A program made the translations under genes and the position numbers. Under the pieces are notes generated by a model. The model was given only the letters and a program-made list of their open reading frames with translations, did no database searches and was not told the origin of the DNA. From a virus (Duplodnaviria; Caudoviricetes), in IMG/VR virus record IMGVR_UViG_3300033121_002338, positions 19,342 to 83,341 of that record: 64,000 nucleotides of DNA; one strand, 5' to 3'. Below are positions 63,165 through 64,000 of the stretch, one piece after another. Each line of letters begins with the position of its first letter. Position 1 is the first letter of the stretch.

Positions 63165-63828
63165 ACTACACCAGATCTGTGAATGGCAGACGGAGCGGTT
63201 TAGTTGGATAGATCCCGACGTTTTCTTTGACACCAGGAATGCCTGTCCTTTCTTATATAATGGCACTCTTGGGCTGAGAGTCGGAGACAGACTGGACTAC
63301 CATGCGGGCATGGCGGTCTGGGGGCCTCGCTCCGGATGGTATATCAGTGGCGAGGAACTATCGGGCACATGGCACGATCCTGTCGTTGTTAGGAAGAAAT
63401 TGTTAAAAAAGGCTCTGCTCGGGAGAGTGGGCCTGGCTTATGAACCACCGCTGCCGCGTGGGACCAAAGTGGTCTCGTTCTGGAACGATGACGAGTTAGA
63501 ATACGACCAATGGCTATCGGGTTGCCTGACCACTCTGAAAAGTAATGGTATTATTGACGACGAGTCCTTTGTATCAACTCCTCTGCATGGGACCGTGCCA
63601 ATTACCCAGATTGGCCGTGGGCGCGAGATGGATGAGCATGAACGCGAGAGATATGAGTTGATGAGTAGACTGCATCTGATGCGGGGCGCTGAGAAACAAG
63701 CCGCCATGAAGAAACTTGGGGTGGGTGCTGGTGGGAGGCCACATCCGGTGCAATCTGCTATGCGGGGGTCCGGGCTCCAGGGTCCGGGCCAGCGGTGGTG
63801 GGCGCCTACTTCCGAGGGGCGTTGCTAG
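63157..63828 (+). CDS. Hypothetical protein, N-terminal (M)ARLHQICE
   Basis: 223 aa; overlaps the end of copy 5. Confidence 0.55.
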   Translation: MARLHQICEWQTERFSWIDPDVFFDTRNACPFLYNGTLGLRVGDRLDYHAGMAVWGPRSGWYISGEELSGTWHDPVVVRKKLLKKALLGRVGLAYEPPLPRGTKVVSFWNDDELEYDQWLSGCLTTLKSNGIIDDESFVSTPLHGTVPITQIGRGREMDEHERERYELMSRLHLMRGAEKQAAMKKLGVGAGGRPHPVQSAMRGSGLQGPGQRWWAPTSEGRC

Positions 63829-64000
63829 CTATCAGTTGTCTGACTTGGTCTCTGGTTGATGGTATCTGCTCTTCTAGCAACCATATGCCGTTGATTGCCA
63901 ATCGAGTTGGCGTCCACTGCTTTTCTTTGGTTGGTCGGCTCATTTCCACGAATATGCCGTTTAAACTAAGTCGTTGCCGGCTGCCGGTTGCATGTGGCGG
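63806..64000 (-). CDS. Partial ORF running off the window end
   Basis: 65 open codons ending in TAG at 63806. Confidence 0.4.
   Translation of the reverse strand, partial: PPHATGSRQRLSLNGIFVEMSRPTKEKQWTPTRLAINGIWLLEEQIPSTRDQVRQLIASNAPRK

Noticed and set aside
1-64000. Alternative genetic code or stop-codon reassignment
   Set aside because: Long core genes are intact in code 11, and TAA, TAG and TGA all end genes; the single internal TAA (57563) is isolated.
1-64000. tRNA genes, CRISPR array, rRNA
   Set aside because: No cloverleaf or repeat-spacer pattern was seen in the short intergenic gaps; a tRNAscan/Infernal run would be needed to exclude them fully.

Overview
A 64-kb segment of a large T4-like/jumbo myovirus genome in the standard genetic code. 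It carries most of the virion morphogenesis module: gp14-like neck, gp15-like tail terminator, 948-aa sheath, three gp19-like tubes, gp26/gp51-like chaperones, hub, 1442-aa tape measure, gp53, gp5, gp25, gp6, TerS candidate, TerL, portal, a large core protein and the gp21-like prohead protease. Interleaved are a primase, class II RNR (nrdJ), UvsW-like helicase, a gp55-like sigma candidate, pyrF and small accessory genes. No major capsid gene, tRNA or CRISPR array was seen. About 21% of the window (13.3 kb) is endonuclease-type selfish DNA: four LAGLIDADG inteins (three in nrdJ, one in the portal), two free-standing HNH genes (one with an in-frame stop) and five paralogs of a Zn-finger + W-x3-(E/D)-(Y/F)-R repeats + Vsr/DUF559-like nuclease + Mu Mom-like GNAT fusion. 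That five-copy family is the best candidate for an undescribed system. Each copy abuts a core virion gene, three (possibly four) are directly followed by a small 'DP-motif' protein, and one sits between a synonymously recoded orphan copy of the first 25 codons of the tail-tube gene and the intact gene, which looks like a footprint of mobility. An analogous orphan N-terminus flanks the HNH gene in front of terL. All family assignments come from motif recall; no database searches were run.
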